Notes: generated from the letters alone by a model not told the origin. 64,000 bases of DNA from an uncultured Pseudomonadota bacterium (GCA_963836235.1 CAWIIP010000005.1:96001-160000), one strand, 5' to 3'; counted from the first letter of the stretch, positions 40,426 to 50,851 are shown. Program-made: numbers and translations.

Positions 40426-42708
40426 TCACTTTCCAGGAACGGACAGCGGCTGGGAAGCGGCGTTGACCACGTAACTATGGGCCGCTTCCAAGAATAATTG
40501 AGTTTCTTCAACCCTGCGATGAGCTTCGTCAAAGGTAGGCGGTGCAGACTGGCCTGAGCTTGCCGAAGGATTGTCATGCGCCTTAAATAAAAAAGCGGCG
40601 AATTGAGTATTATTGACGTGCTTGACGAACTCGCCGGTATCAAAAAACCATTTCTTGAATTCAGCCACGGTCGCCTCTGGCTTGCCCGTCCATTCCCGGT
40701 CGCGGGTCCGCACCACGCCCTCCGCGGAAAAAATCATGGATTCGTAGGCCAGTGCCACCGCTTCCCTCAATTCTTTAGCGTCAAGCTTGATCTGGGCCTC
40801 AAAAGCCTTTCCTTCGGCGGCGGTCAGGGAAAATTCAGAGGGGGCAACCACTTCTCCCGCACATTCGCCCTTCCCGATATCGGCGATGGTATATTCTCGG
40901 ACATCACCCCAGTCGGTGAACAAACCGGGTTCGGCATCATGGGAAGGAATGACCATGAGGTCATTCAGCAGATTTTTGATTTCGATCTTGCCGACACGCT
41001 GGACAAAACCCTGAAAAGTTTCATCTTTTTGGCGTTCTTTGACGAACTTGTCCATTAAACGCTTGACGGTCTCCGGAATGCGTTTCGAGGGAACCGCAGC
41101 TACCGCAAGACCGTAAGCGCCTCCGTTGTTTTTCCATTGTCCGCCCAAAACTAATTGAAAATGGGGCACTGTATAGGAACCCGCCTTACGGGAAACGCCG
41201 TAAAAACCCAGGTCCGAAATATGGTGCTGGCCGCAGGAATTGGGACAACCGCTGACTTTTATTTTCAAGTTTTTCACTTCATCCGGCAAGTTGGCCATCA
41301 TTCCATCTAAACGGTTGGACAGCTCCCTGGCGAGTCCGCGGGAAGCTGAAATTCCCAACTTGCAAGTGTCAGTACCGGGACAAGAGGTGATATCCGAGAT
41401 GCTATTGGCGCCCCCTTGGGCCAAGCCGATAGTCTGAAGCTCTTCGAAAAGAGCGGGCAGGTCGGCTTCGCTCACCCATCGAAAAAGGAGATTCTGTTCG
41501 ACCGAAGTCCGAACGGTGTCCTTCACGTATTTGCGGGCAAGCCCCGCCAGTGCCCGCAACTGGGTTGCGGTCAAGTCTCCCAGGGGTACCCTGACGTGAA
41601 CCGAAACATAACCATATTGGAGCTGTTGGTAGGCGTTGGTTTTCTTCCAGTCTAAAAAACCCTTGGGAAAAGAGGAGGCCCTGAGATTGGCCGCTTTGTG
41701 GGCGGGCTTTTCTTCTTCTTTGGTGTATTGATCGATCAGGCTCGTCCAACGGGAATCGTGGTTCAAGACCGCCCGTTCTTCGACGATCAATTTTTTAAAT
41801 TCTTCAATGCCGAGTTTAGCCACCAGGAACTTGATGCGGGCCATTCCCCGGGTTTTCTTTTCACCCAATCGCCCATAGACTCGGGCCACCGCCTGGGTCA
41901 TCGGGAGCATTTCCTCAACCGGGAGATTCTCGAACAACAGTTTGGCGTTATAAGGCACAGGCCCCAATCCGCCCCCCACGTAAACATCAAAAGCTTTCTT
42001 TTCCTTCCCGTTCACCATTGTTTTCTTCGCGATAAAACCCATGTCATGCATGTTTACCAGGCCGCAAGCTTCCCCAGCGCAACCGGAAAAAGCAATCTTG
42101 AACTTCCGGCCGAAATCCTGGGCGTCCGGATGGCCCAGCATGAACTTAAAAATGGCCTTGGAATAAGGCGTCACATCGAAGGATTCGGTGCGACAGACCC
42201 CAGCGACAGGGCAAGCCGTTACGTTGCGGACGGAATTGCCGCAAGCTTCACGGGTAGTGATGCCCACCGAAGCCAGCCGGCGCATAATATTGGGGGTGTC
42301 TTCCACATGGATGAAATGAAGTTGAAAATCCTGCCTTGTAGTAATGTGGCCGATTCCGTCCGAATATTCCTCGGCGAGGTCCGCTAAAACATCCAATTGA
42401 TCGGCGGTTACGCCGCCCCAAGGAAACTTAATACGTTGCATTCCCGGAGCGTCCCAATGGGTATCGGGTCCCTTCCAAGTAGCGGGAAAATTCAACTTAC
42501 GGATTCGTTTTCCGTCATTGCGCTGACCGTTATCGTAACGCTGACCATAGGCGCCCCGGCGCAATCGGGTTTCGGCGAAAATGCGAGGTTCGACCTTGCC
42601 TTGTTTGTTCAGCTCGATTTGGGCATCGAATTCGTCTATTTCCCTGGCCCAATCGGGCGGCATGGCGTCCTGAAGTTTATTTTTCCAGCTTTTGGATTCG
42701 TAACTCAT
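40426..42708 (-). CDS. Sirohaem nitrite/sulfite reductase with C-terminal HEPN-like extension
   Basis: HITTRQDFQ, GNSVRNVTAC, RKFKIAFSGC, CPGTDTC, KVSGCPNSCGQH. Confidence 0.9.
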   Translation of the reverse strand: MSYESKSWKNKLQDAMPPDWAREIDEFDAQIELNKQGKVEPRIFAETRLRRGAYGQRYDNGQRNDGKRIRKLNFPATWKGPDTHWDAPGMQRIKFPWGGVTADQLDVLADLAEEYSDGIGHITTRQDFQLHFIHVEDTPNIMRRLASVGITTREACGNSVRNVTACPVAGVCRTESFDVTPYSKAIFKFMLGHPDAQDFGRKFKIAFSGCAGEACGLVNMHDMGFIAKKTMVNGKEKKAFDVYVGGGLGPVPYNAKLLFENLPVEEMLPMTQAVARVYGRLGEKKTRGMARIKFLVAKLGIEEFKKLIVEERAVLNHDSRWTSLIDQYTKEEEKPAHKAANLRASSFPKGFLDWKKTNAYQQLQYGYVSVHVRVPLGDLTATQLRALAGLARKYVKDTVRTSVEQNLLFRWVSEADLPALFEELQTIGLAQGGANSISDITSCPGTDTCKLGISASRGLARELSNRLDGMMANLPDEVKNLKIKVSGCPNSCGQHHISDLGFYGVSRKAGSYTVPHFQLVLGGQWKNNGGAYGLAVAAVPSKRIPETVKRLMDKFVKERQKDETFQGFVQRVGKIEIKNLLNDLMVIPSHDAEPGLFTDWGDVREYTIADIGKGECAGEVVAPSEFSLTAAEGKAFEAQIKLDAKELREAVALAYESMIFSAEGVVRTRDREWTGKPEATVAEFKKWFFDTGEFVKHVNNTQFAAFLFKAHDNPSASSGQSAPPTFDEAHRRVEETQLFLEAAHSYVVNAASQPLSVPGK

Positions 42709-42783
42709 GGCGTTCTTTCTTTCAATAGAAGGCTCGAAATGAGGGTCTTTTGTACACTATCGACCCCTTCAAAATCAATCAAC

Positions 42784-43302
42784 TTATGTCCCGGTTTTCC
42801 ACTCCCTGTGGCGGCGGCCCATTTGGGCCAAGTGATGTTCCAAGTGCCAAATATTCAGGCCCACCAGGTATTCCAGGGAAAGCAAACCCCATTCGGGATG
42901 CCGCACTTTTCCCCTCCAGGATTTGGCGGGAACCTTTTTTAAAAGATCAGCGTTGGCCTTGCGCAGAAGAAATATCAGCGCCCGAGCCTGCCCAGGATCA
43001 GCCTTGGAATAAAACAGCTTGTCCGCCCATTTATTTTGGTCATAAGGAGAAACCAATCCTCCGGGTTCGGCCGCCGCCCGTCGCAGGCGGACATAAAGAT
43101 TGGCTTCCTGGTCCGCCAAATGCCAAAGGATTTGGTTAATGGTCCAGTTCCCTTTTTTGAGTGTGAAATGCCACATGGATTTGGGGAACCGACGAAGGGT
43201 TTTCCGGACTCTTTCCGGGCCCTTCGCGAAAGCGGTCATTTTTTTGGAACGACTCCAACCTTGGACCACTTTTTTCATGGCCGCGGTTTCTTGTTCAGGC
43301 AA
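42784..43302 (-). CDS. DinB-family (YfiT-like) protein
   Basis: WTINQILWHLAD, YDQNKWA, H.EWG, HLEHHLAQ. Confidence 0.85.
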   Translation of the reverse strand: MPEQETAAMKKVVQGWSRSKKMTAFAKGPERVRKTLRRFPKSMWHFTLKKGNWTINQILWHLADQEANLYVRLRRAAAEPGGLVSPYDQNKWADKLFYSKADPGQARALIFLLRKANADLLKKVPAKSWRGKVRHPEWGLLSLEYLVGLNIWHLEHHLAQMGRRHREWKTGT

Positions 43303-43427
43303 GCCTGCAGCCTTTAAAAATCAGGGTGGATGGGGATGGTCATTCCATTTCTCCTTGAGCCAAAGATAGGATCTTATCATGGAAAGAATTGGGATCGAAT
43401 TCAAGGCGTGAACGGAGATTGAGGTTT

Positions 43428-44168
43428 TTATCCGGCTACAACCACTACGCGATTTTCTTTTTCAGGGTTCTCCAAGGGCAATTGAAGATTATCCATTCGG
43501 TGGAAATGGACATCACGAAAACCTTCCCGGCTTAGCCACGAGACCATTTCCGCCAGGGGGTAAGACCGATTCACGATCTTTTCCTCGAAAGGCCTCTTTT
43601 CCACGATGCCCTTCAGGCGCATGACCGCCGTTCCCCTCACGCAATCGAATTCGCCCTGGGACTCGACCTCTTCCCCTTCCCATCGGGCGGATTCCGGGTT
43701 TACCCACTCCCGCAACCCGGCGAGGGTATGAAAGTCAAATAAAAACCGGGCACCCTCAGCCAGGCAGTTCCGAACGGAGCGAAAACAACTCCGCAGTTTT
43801 TCTTCCGAATCCAAGTGGTTCATGACGTTATAAGTGGAAAAGGCAATGCTGAAGTCCCCACCGATTTGAAAACGGGAAATATCTTCCAGTAAAAACCGGC
43901 CCTTGTGCCCGGCCACGTAACGCCAGCAGCGGTTTTCGGCCATCATTAACATATGGGGAGAAAGATCCAATCCGACAAAGGTATAACCCGCCTCAAGGAA
44001 ATGAAAAGCCAAGCGGCCGGTCCCGCATCCTAAGTCAAGGACGGGAAGGCGGCTGAAGGCGGTCGGCTGGGAGGATAAAAAACGCAATAAAAGCGGAGCC
44101 GCTTTTTCGGCGTAAGTCCCGAAATGGCGGTCGTAAAACTTGACGAAAGTTTCACCATAAAAGTTCAT
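43428..44168 (-). CDS. Class I SAM-dependent methyltransferase
   Basis: VLDLGCGTG, GLDLSPHML. Confidence 0.88.
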   Translation of the reverse strand: MNFYGETFVKFYDRHFGTYAEKAAPLLLRFLSSQPTAFSRLPVLDLGCGTGRLAFHFLEAGYTFVGLDLSPHMLMMAENRCWRYVAGHKGRFLLEDISRFQIGGDFSIAFSTYNVMNHLDSEEKLRSCFRSVRNCLAEGARFLFDFHTLAGLREWVNPESARWEGEEVESQGEFDCVRGTAVMRLKGIVEKRPFEEKIVNRSYPLAEMVSWLSREGFRDVHFHRMDNLQLPLENPEKENRVVVVAG

Positions 44169-44278
44169 GGCGGCCCGCCTTAGGCTTACCGCAGTTAAAA
44201 AACCGCTTCATTCACGGAGGAAAAATGAAAGATGGGAAAATCGAGCGGCTTTTCGGCTTCAGGCGGCAATTAAATAAA

Positions 44279-44560
44279 TCAGCGCTTGCCGGAGCGCAAA
44301 TCGTAATAAACGCCCTGGCCCTTGGCCTTCGAGACGAAATCCAGGACCCCTTTTTCTTGGCAGAATTCCCGCTCACTGAAAGGAAGGTTTTGCTCTTCCC
44401 TTACCGCGCTTCCACGGGTGCCGCAATCCACGCAAAGATAGTCGATCTCAACTTGGGTGGGAGTTTTGGCTTTAGAAGTCAGAACCCTTCCATTGACCAT
44501 TTTCACGTGGCCTTCACAAACATGGCAGTGAATGCTCTGGGCGTATTTAACGGCTTTCAT
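44279..44560 (-). CDS. Small putative zinc-ribbon protein
   Basis: AAGGAG RBS; CHVC...CVDC. Confidence 0.6.
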   Translation of the reverse strand: MKAVKYAQSIHCHVCEGHVKMVNGRVLTSKAKTPTQVEIDYLCVDCGTRGSAVREEQNLPFSEREFCQEKGVLDFVSKAKGQGVYYDLRSGKR

Positions 44561-44770
44561 CGGCAGCTCCTTCTTTTCTAAAAACCTGAATGTCGGAAAA
44601 TTGCGTCCGAAAATTTAAATAATGGTTATAGGTTGGTGAGTGAAGTGGAGAGGAAGAAGTATAGGCCCCTCCTGACTTAAACTCAAGGCGGATGAAATTT
44701 TAGAACAAAATGGATTTTGTCGATCGGCCTATCGTTTCACCTGAAAAAGCTTTATTCAAACGGCACTAAT

Positions 44771-44805
44771 AAAAAAAGCCCCCGGACTTGTGATCCGGAG
44801 GCTTT
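44771..44805 (-). terminator. Intrinsic terminator
   Basis: AAAGCC.CCGGA/TCCGG.GGCTTT hairpin plus T7 on the - strand. Confidence 0.65.
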
Positions 44806-44855
44806 GACCTACATGGGGTAGGGGCTTTTATCCCCCCACCGGGTGGATCAAAAAG

Positions 44856-45053
44856 TTACTTAGCGGCTGGCGTGGTTGACGCGGCAGCCGGAGTCGAAGT
44901 GCTCTTTTTGCTCTTCTTGCCCTTTTTAGACTTTTTGACCTTGTGAGTGGTCTTCACTGGGGCGCTCGCCGGAGCGGTTCCCTGCGCGAATACCAACCCG
45001 GTCGTGCCACCCAAGAACAAAACGGTCATCAAGACTGCGATTAGCTTTTTCAT
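44856..45053 (-). CDS. Small secreted Lys/Ala/Thr-rich low-complexity protein (65 aa)
   Basis: GGAGG RBS; signal peptide MKKLIAVLM...VFA; KKSKKGKKSKK tail. Confidence 0.75.
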   Translation of the reverse strand: MKKLIAVLMTVLFLGGTTGLVFAQGTAPASAPVKTTHKVKKSKKGKKSKKSTSTPAAASTTPAAK

Positions 45054-45114
45054 CTGATTCCTCCAAACCCTTTCGGGCTTTTTGATTTTTGGGATCAACT
45101 GCTTCCCTGCATAT

Positions 45115-45143
45115 AAGACGGCGCTCGTCGGCAAAAAGTTGCA
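45115..45143 (-). promoter_or_regulatory. Putative ECF-sigma promoter
   Basis: TGCAAC-N17-CGTCTT, matching the AAC/CGT pattern of ECF promoters. Confidence 0.45.
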
Positions 45144-45182
45144 GGGTGAAAAGGGGCCCGTTTGCTGGAATTAATCAAAATT

Positions 45183-46253
45183 TTATCTTTTAACCGCGGC
45201 CGCCCCAACGCTTGTCGAAAACATTTTTCGAACTTCCTTCGCGATTCCGATCAGGGTCAATTGGTTGAGCGGGAATTCCAAAAAGACATGCGTGAAGCTC
45301 AGGAAAAATAGCCATTGGAGCCCCACCGAATAGTTGTAACCGTAAATTCCCAGCGATATGCCCCAAAGCAATAGGATACCGATGGCGCGGTTCCGGGGAA
45401 TCTCGTGCCAACCGATGATGGAAGTTTTCGAGAACCAATTCAGATAGTGGTAGGTATAAGAAAAAGCGATGAAGGACATCAGTGCCAGTGCCGTTGGGTT
45501 CTGGTAAAGGAACCCGTTGACGTTTTTCACGAATTCCGGAAGAGGAAGTTGCCTCGGGTCGAAATCCTGCAGCCTCAACATCTTCACGATATAAAGGTTG
45601 ATGGAGATAAAGGGACTGGAGCCGGTTCCGTCCTCCTTCAAGTAGCCGTAGTTGTTACGGACATAATCACTCACGTGATAGCTCAAGTGAGCGGGGTGGA
45701 AAAAGAAGAACCCCGCGGCCAAGCCGGCAAAAACGACAAGGGAGGCCAAGCCGGACGCGCTTTTACCTCTCAAGGCGCCAATGAGAATGAACATTCCCGT
45801 AAAGAGGAATACATGGATCAAAGTGGGCAAGAACAATCCAAAGACCATTCGGAAAGCGACCGATTGGGCGAAAAAAAACAAAGCCAAAACCACAGGCAAA
45901 AAGGCCCACAACCGGGCCCTGTTATTTTTAAGAAGAACAAAAAGCAAGGCCCCTAAGAAAGCCAACCCGCTGAAAAATTCGCTGGTGCCCTTTGGCGCGA
46001 AAGAAATCCAGCCGAAATAAAGCGCGGTAATGATGACGGCTATCCCTAATAAGAAAAGGTAATCATGCCGACCCTGAGTGAAGTAACTTTTATCGTGGAG
46101 CCAGGAAATTTCGGTAAGATAATGAAGCGGCCCCAAAACCGCGTAAGCCAGCAAAAACAGTTCAAAGGGAAAAAGAAAGGCCAGCACGGCCGAAAAAACC
46201 ATCAGTCCAATATTGAGATAGTTAATTTGGTTCGTATTGAATGAAGTAGCCAT
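45183..46253 (-). CDS. Multi-pass hypothetical membrane protein with His motifs
   Basis: GPLHYLTEISWLH, PTLIHVF, YTYHYLNWFSKT, THVFLEFPLN. Confidence 0.7.
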   Translation of the reverse strand: MATSFNTNQINYLNIGLMVFSAVLAFLFPFELFLLAYAVLGPLHYLTEISWLHDKSYFTQGRHDYLFLLGIAVIITALYFGWISFAPKGTSEFFSGLAFLGALLFVLLKNNRARLWAFLPVVLALFFFAQSVAFRMVFGLFLPTLIHVFLFTGMFILIGALRGKSASGLASLVVFAGLAAGFFFFHPAHLSYHVSDYVRNNYGYLKEDGTGSSPFISINLYIVKMLRLQDFDPRQLPLPEFVKNVNGFLYQNPTALALMSFIAFSYTYHYLNWFSKTSIIGWHEIPRNRAIGILLLWGISLGIYGYNYSVGLQWLFFLSFTHVFLEFPLNQLTLIGIAKEVRKMFSTSVGAAAVKR

Positions 46254-46424
46254 GGGTCGTTTTCGCCTTCGCCGGATCCGATTGCCCTTGAACCGCCCAA
46301 AACTACTTCAAACCGCGCAAGGGTTCTTGTCAGATTATTTTAGGACAGCTTTCTCCCTTCCATATAAAAAAGAGAAAAGGTATTCTTGGGTGCCTTCGCT
46401 TCAACTCCGTCTTAAGGAACTTTC

Positions 46425-48416
46425 ATGTCCCGCGTGGGAATCGAGCAACAAAGGGGGTTGGTTTATCCCAACCATCAAGTCGAAGCCTGGATCAGTGGCA
46501 CCTTCCATTATTGGCGGGTCGATCCCGCGCTTTGGGCGGACGTCCTTGACAATATCAAAGCCATGGGTTTCGGCATCGTGGAAACCTATATCCCCTGGGG
46601 ACTGCACGAAATCGAGCGGGGGAAGTTCGAGTTTGGTGAAAAAGAACCCCATAAAAACCTGGAAAAGTTCATTCAACAGGTCCACCAGGCGGGCCTCAAA
46701 TTGGTCGTGCGGCCGGGCCCCCATATCAACGCCGAACTGACCTGTTTCGGCTATCCCCCACGTATCGTTTATGACCCCGCCATCGTCGCCAAGGAAGCTT
46801 CCGGCGCCTATTCGGTACACGATGCCTATCCCAAGGCCTTCGGCAATCCCAGTTATGCTTCCGAAAAATTATATGAGGAAACCGCCCTTTGGTTCGACGC
46901 CCTAGCGCCCATCCTGAAGCGCCATTTTTATCCCGACGGCCCCATCGTGGCCCTGCAAGTGGACAACGAAACCGGCTATTACTTCCGCACCGGGGCTTAT
47001 CTGATGGATTACGGTGACGATTCCATCCGCTGGTACCAGACTTTCCTGAAAAAGCGTTACGGGACCCTCCAGGTCCTCAATGAAATTTACGGAAGCCATC
47101 ACAAATCTTTTGAAGCTATCGAGCCTCCCCGTTCTTTCGCGGGAGAAAAGCTGAAAGACCTTCCCTATTACTTGGATTGGAGCCGCTACAAGGAATGGCA
47201 GATCAACGAGTGTCTTCGGATCATCGGTGAAATGTGGCGGGAAAGGGGGGTGGATGGAATTCCCTTCTTCCATAATTTCTTCGGGCCCCTCAATAGCCCC
47301 TACAACACCAATGAAGCCGAGCACGGCGATTATGGCCTGGATATAGTAGGTGTGGACGATTATCCCCGCAAGGAACAATACCTGACCACCTCCCGCAAGG
47401 CCAGCTACCTGGCCGGCACTTCCAAACTTCCCTTCATCCCCGAATTCGGGTCGGGCTGTTGGTGCCTGCCCCTTTGGGAAAACACCTTTACCATCGAGGA
47501 CGAGCGTTTCACCACGCCTCTCTTGTTTATGTTCGGTTTAAAGGCAGTCAACTATTACATGATCGTGGAAAGGGACCGCTGGATGGGAAGTCCCATCACG
47601 GTCGACAACAAAATTCGGGCTCCCTATTTCAACTTCTACCGGCACTGGAATACTTTTTTAAGAAACAACCAGTTTCACCAGTGGGATTTGCAAAGCGACC
47701 TACTGATCCTGGCCAACTACGACATGGAACGGACCCTTAAGGCCCTCAAAATGGTCGAGAACCATTTCCTTCACTTTCTCCCCGAAGAAGCGGGTTATAT
47801 GGAAAATCAATCGCTCTTTCCCTACCGCCTCGAGGAAGAACAACCCCGTTGGGCGGAAAATCAATGGGCCTATGCTTTAAAAAGCCACCTGCCCTTTCAC
47901 TGCTCCGATACCGTCCTGCCTTACGAGAAAATGAAAGGCCATAAGGCGGTTTGGGTGGTGACCTTTGAAATCATGGACAAAAAGGCGCAGGAAAACCTCC
48001 GGCGCTTCGCCGAAGAGGGCGGAACCGTGATCCTGGGCCCAATGGTTCCCGCCTTGGATGAAAATCTTAGCCCCTTTTCAGCTTTCGGCGAATTAAAGAA
48101 GGGCTCCGAAGTTAAAATCGGCAAAGGTAAGCTGGTACTTCTGAAGAAGTGGGACGAAAAGGAAGTTGAAAAAGCTTTGGCGGAAGCGGGAATAAAGCCC
48201 GTAATGGAAGGTCTTCCCGCCGAAATCCTGGCCACCCATTTTAAAAGGGAGGGGAAAGAAATTTATTTCCTGGCCAACCCCGGTGAAAAAGCCGTCACCT
48301 TTACTCCGTCGCGCAAACTCACCCCCCTTTACGGAATACACGACGGAACCCTTTTCAGCCATGGCCTCCTTACTCTCCATTCCTGGTCGGTATCGGTCTG
48401 GGAGGTAACCCAATGA
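46425..48416 (+). CDS. Beta-galactosidase-like glycoside hydrolase (GH35/GH42)
   Basis: SGTFHYWR, VETYIPWGLHE, RPGPHINAE, LQVDNE, PEFGSG; trimerisation-like C-terminus. Confidence 0.88.
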   Translation: MSRVGIEQQRGLVYPNHQVEAWISGTFHYWRVDPALWADVLDNIKAMGFGIVETYIPWGLHEIERGKFEFGEKEPHKNLEKFIQQVHQAGLKLVVRPGPHINAELTCFGYPPRIVYDPAIVAKEASGAYSVHDAYPKAFGNPSYASEKLYEETALWFDALAPILKRHFYPDGPIVALQVDNETGYYFRTGAYLMDYGDDSIRWYQTFLKKRYGTLQVLNEIYGSHHKSFEAIEPPRSFAGEKLKDLPYYLDWSRYKEWQINECLRIIGEMWRERGVDGIPFFHNFFGPLNSPYNTNEAEHGDYGLDIVGVDDYPRKEQYLTTSRKASYLAGTSKLPFIPEFGSGCWCLPLWENTFTIEDERFTTPLLFMFGLKAVNYYMIVERDRWMGSPITVDNKIRAPYFNFYRHWNTFLRNNQFHQWDLQSDLLILANYDMERTLKALKMVENHFLHFLPEEAGYMENQSLFPYRLEEEQPRWAENQWAYALKSHLPFHCSDTVLPYEKMKGHKAVWVVTFEIMDKKAQENLRRFAEEGGTVILGPMVPALDENLSPFSAFGELKKGSEVKIGKGKLVLLKKWDEKEVEKALAEAGIKPVMEGLPAEILATHFKREGKEIYFLANPGEKAVTFTPSRKLTPLYGIHDGTLFSHGLLTLHSWSVSVWEVTQ

Positions 48417-49153
48417 TCCATCCCGACGTCCTCTTCGAGCATATCGACATCAACCAAGCCCGGCGTTTTGTGGATATTTCCAAGGTCGCCCAGCCCAATC
48501 CCCGGGTTCTCTATGTTCTCCATGAAAAGGGCAAGGTTTTGAAGGCCTGGGACAGCCTCAAGGGTCGGACAAGCGTCGGCGATACTATCAAGCCTTCGGT
48601 CGCCTTGGCGGAAGAGTTGAGGAAAAGCCATGGGGTTGACGAGGTCCAATTGATCGACCAGCAGGGTTTCCAGGACTATTACAAGCAAGCATTGGATTTG
48701 GATAAGGCCCAGGAACTCACCGGCTATGACTTCAAGGAACGCACCCGGCAGTTGAAGAACACCCAGGGCGAGGGCCTAATCATCCACCCCCCCAGAGAAA
48801 GCTATGATTATTACCATTACATTGAGCGAACCCGACAATTCGTAGCCAAAAAGCTGAAACCCGACTGCATCTTCCTATTGGGAGTTTACGATTCCAAGGA
48901 TTGGTGGACTTCCCTGGTGGCGGTCTTTACGGGTGGGCAAATCACCTACCTTTCCACCTTCGAGTATTTCCCCGCCGAAAAGCTGGTGGAATCCGGCTCG
49001 CCAAAAACCCACGAAGCCCTAGTCAAAACCGCCGCCCAATCCTTTCAAAAACCCGCCTTCGGGATGTTTCTGCCCAAGGAAGCCTTTGAACAATCCGCCC
49101 AAAACCAATGGCGTGGGTTGGGGCAAACACCTCTCCTAATAATTCAGGGGTAA
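48413..49153 (+). CDS. Hypothetical protein coupled to the glycoside hydrolase
   Basis: GGAGG RBS, start overlapping the upstream stop; no family recognised. Confidence 0.7.
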   Translation: MIHPDVLFEHIDINQARRFVDISKVAQPNPRVLYVLHEKGKVLKAWDSLKGRTSVGDTIKPSVALAEELRKSHGVDEVQLIDQQGFQDYYKQALDLDKAQELTGYDFKERTRQLKNTQGEGLIIHPPRESYDYYHYIERTRQFVAKKLKPDCIFLLGVYDSKDWWTSLVAVFTGGQITYLSTFEYFPAEKLVESGSPKTHEALVKTAAQSFQKPAFGMFLPKEAFEQSAQNQWRGLGQTPLLIIQG

Positions 49154-49231
49154 ATAATCTGGCCGTTTCGAGCCAATCCGTCTCTCCATCAAAGGGCTAT
49201 TGGGGACTCACCCAACTGCTAAAACCACCCC

Positions 49232-49263
49232 TTGACTCTGGAGTATACTCCAGACCCTATACT
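49232..49263 (+). promoter_or_regulatory. MerR-type promoter/operator
   Basis: TTGACT-N20-TATACT with perfect dyad TCTGGAGTA/TACTCCAGA (49237-49254) in the spacer; closely resembles the ZntR-bound zntA promoter. Confidence 0.88.
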
Positions 49264-49280
49264 TGTCCTGGAGCTAAAAA

Positions 49281-49673
49281 ATGACTAAGACCCAATCAAA
49301 TCTTCAAATCGGCCAAGTCGCCCAAAAAAGCGGGATTTCCATCGATGCCATCCGCTATTACGAGAAGGAGGGGCTGTTGAAGGAACCTTCCCGCAGCCAG
49401 GGCGGCTTCAGGCTTTACCCCGCCGAATCGGTGGATCAGCTGGTTTTCATCCAGAAGGCCCAGACCCTGGGGCTCACCCTCAAGGAAATTAAAAGCATCA
49501 TGTGCTGCGGGGATAAAGGCCTGGAGCCCTGTTGTGACCTGACGGTGGGCCTATTCACCAAGAAAATCGATGAGTTCGAGGCCAAGATCAAGGAACTTCA
49601 GGCGACGAAGAAAAAGCTGAAGACGGTTTTAGGCGGCTGGGTTAAACACAAAGTTGTGAAGAAAAAGAAATAA
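49281..49673 (+). CDS. MerR-family regulator with two vicinal Cys pairs
   Basis: IGQVAQKSG...IRYYEKEGLL..R..GGFRLY; C75C76 and C84C85; no C-terminal Cys loop. Confidence 0.92.
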   Translation: MTKTQSNLQIGQVAQKSGISIDAIRYYEKEGLLKEPSRSQGGFRLYPAESVDQLVFIQKAQTLGLTLKEIKSIMCCGDKGLEPCCDLTVGLFTKKIDEFEAKIKELQATKKKLKTVLGGWVKHKVVKKKK

Positions 49674-49760
49674 GGAGCTTGCATAGCATCTAAAGTCCTA
49701 ATGCTGAAAAAGGTTCATACCCTTCATTAGGGAAGATGCTAAAAAAAGGAGGCCGGTAAG

Positions 49761-50168
49761 ATGAGAGCCCATGTTTCAATAAATGTAAAGGACGTCCAAA
49801 AATCCGTTGAGTTTTATCAAAAAGTATTCGGCGTCAAGCCCCAGAAGCAAACGTCCAATTACGCCAAGTTCGACCTGCGAAGCCCCGCCCTTAATTTTTC
49901 TATGCAGTCCCATCCCGGCAGTCCCATCAGCCACGTCAACCATTTCGGGATTGAAATGGATTCCCCGGAAGACCTCGGAGAATGGCAGAACCGGCTAAAT
50001 TCCAACGGCATCCAGACAGAGGAAGAAAAGCAAACCGCTTGCTGTTTTGCCCGGCAGGACAAGGCCTGGTTCAAGGACCCCGACGGCAATTCGTGGGAAA
50101 TCTTCCATGTTTACGAGCAATTGCCTGTGCATCCTTCGTCCATGGCGGACAGTTCTTGCTGCCGTTAA
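49761..50168 (+). CDS. arsI: ArsI/CadI-family VOC protein (probable organoarsenical C-As lyase)
   Basis: His-His-Glu triad (RAHV, NHFG, WEIF), TACCFARQDKAW, C-terminal CC. Confidence 0.82.
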   Translation: MRAHVSINVKDVQKSVEFYQKVFGVKPQKQTSNYAKFDLRSPALNFSMQSHPGSPISHVNHFGIEMDSPEDLGEWQNRLNSNGIQTEEEKQTACCFARQDKAWFKDPDGNSWEIFHVYEQLPVHPSSMADSSCCR

Positions 50169-50848
50169 AAAACCTCCTCCTCAAAAAATCCTTGGCCGAG
50201 GTCATCGGCACCTTCACCCTGGTTTTTTGCGGTTGCGGAAGCATCATGGTGGCTGAGAGGTATCCGGGGACCCTTTCCCACGCCTCGATATCCGTCATTT
50301 TCGGGCTGGCCGTGGCCGTCATGATTTACGCGGTCGGCCATATCTCCGGGGCCCATTTCAACCCCTCCGTCACCCTGGCCTTTGCCGCCGCCAGGCATTT
50401 CCCCTTTGGGGAAGTCCTGGTTTACTGGGCATCCCAGTTGGCTGGCGCCTTCGCGGCCTTAAGCGCTTTAAAACTCATCCTTCCGCCGGGCCATTCCTAT
50501 GGCGCCACGGTTCCGTCGGTGTCCCTTTTTCCCGCCCTCGCTTGGGAAGTCATTTTGACTTTTTTCCTGATGTTCGTGATTGTGGCGGTCGCCACAGATA
50601 CCCGGGCGGTCGGAACCATGGCGGGCGCCGCTATCGGGGCTACCGTCATGCTGGCGGCTTGGGTCGGGGGGCCTGTCACCGGCGCTTCCATGAATCCGGC
50701 CCGGTCGTTGGCACCAGCTGTGTTTGAGGGCCGATTGGACGTGATGTGGATTTACGTGGTCGGGCCTTGTATCGGGGCCGTTCTCGCCGCATTATTTTAC
50801 GAGACCATCCGATTGACACCTGCCAACGGAAAAAACCATAAGGAGTAG
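50156..50848 (+). CDS. MIP-family aquaporin/aquaglyceroporin (probable arsenite channel)
   Basis: ISGAHFNPS, GASMNPARS; start reassigned to TTG 50156. Confidence 0.88.
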   Translation: MLPLKNLLLKKSLAEVIGTFTLVFCGCGSIMVAERYPGTLSHASISVIFGLAVAVMIYAVGHISGAHFNPSVTLAFAAARHFPFGEVLVYWASQLAGAFAALSALKLILPPGHSYGATVPSVSLFPALAWEVILTFFLMFVIVAVATDTRAVGTMAGAAIGATVMLAAWVGGPVTGASMNPARSLAPAVFEGRLDVMWIYVVGPCIGAVLAALFYETIRLTPANGKNHKE

Positions 50849-50851
50849 GCC

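Noticed and set aside
49982-50155. N-terminal extension of the aquaporin ORF
   Set aside because: Out-of-frame overlap with arsI; the MIP domain starts near 50156
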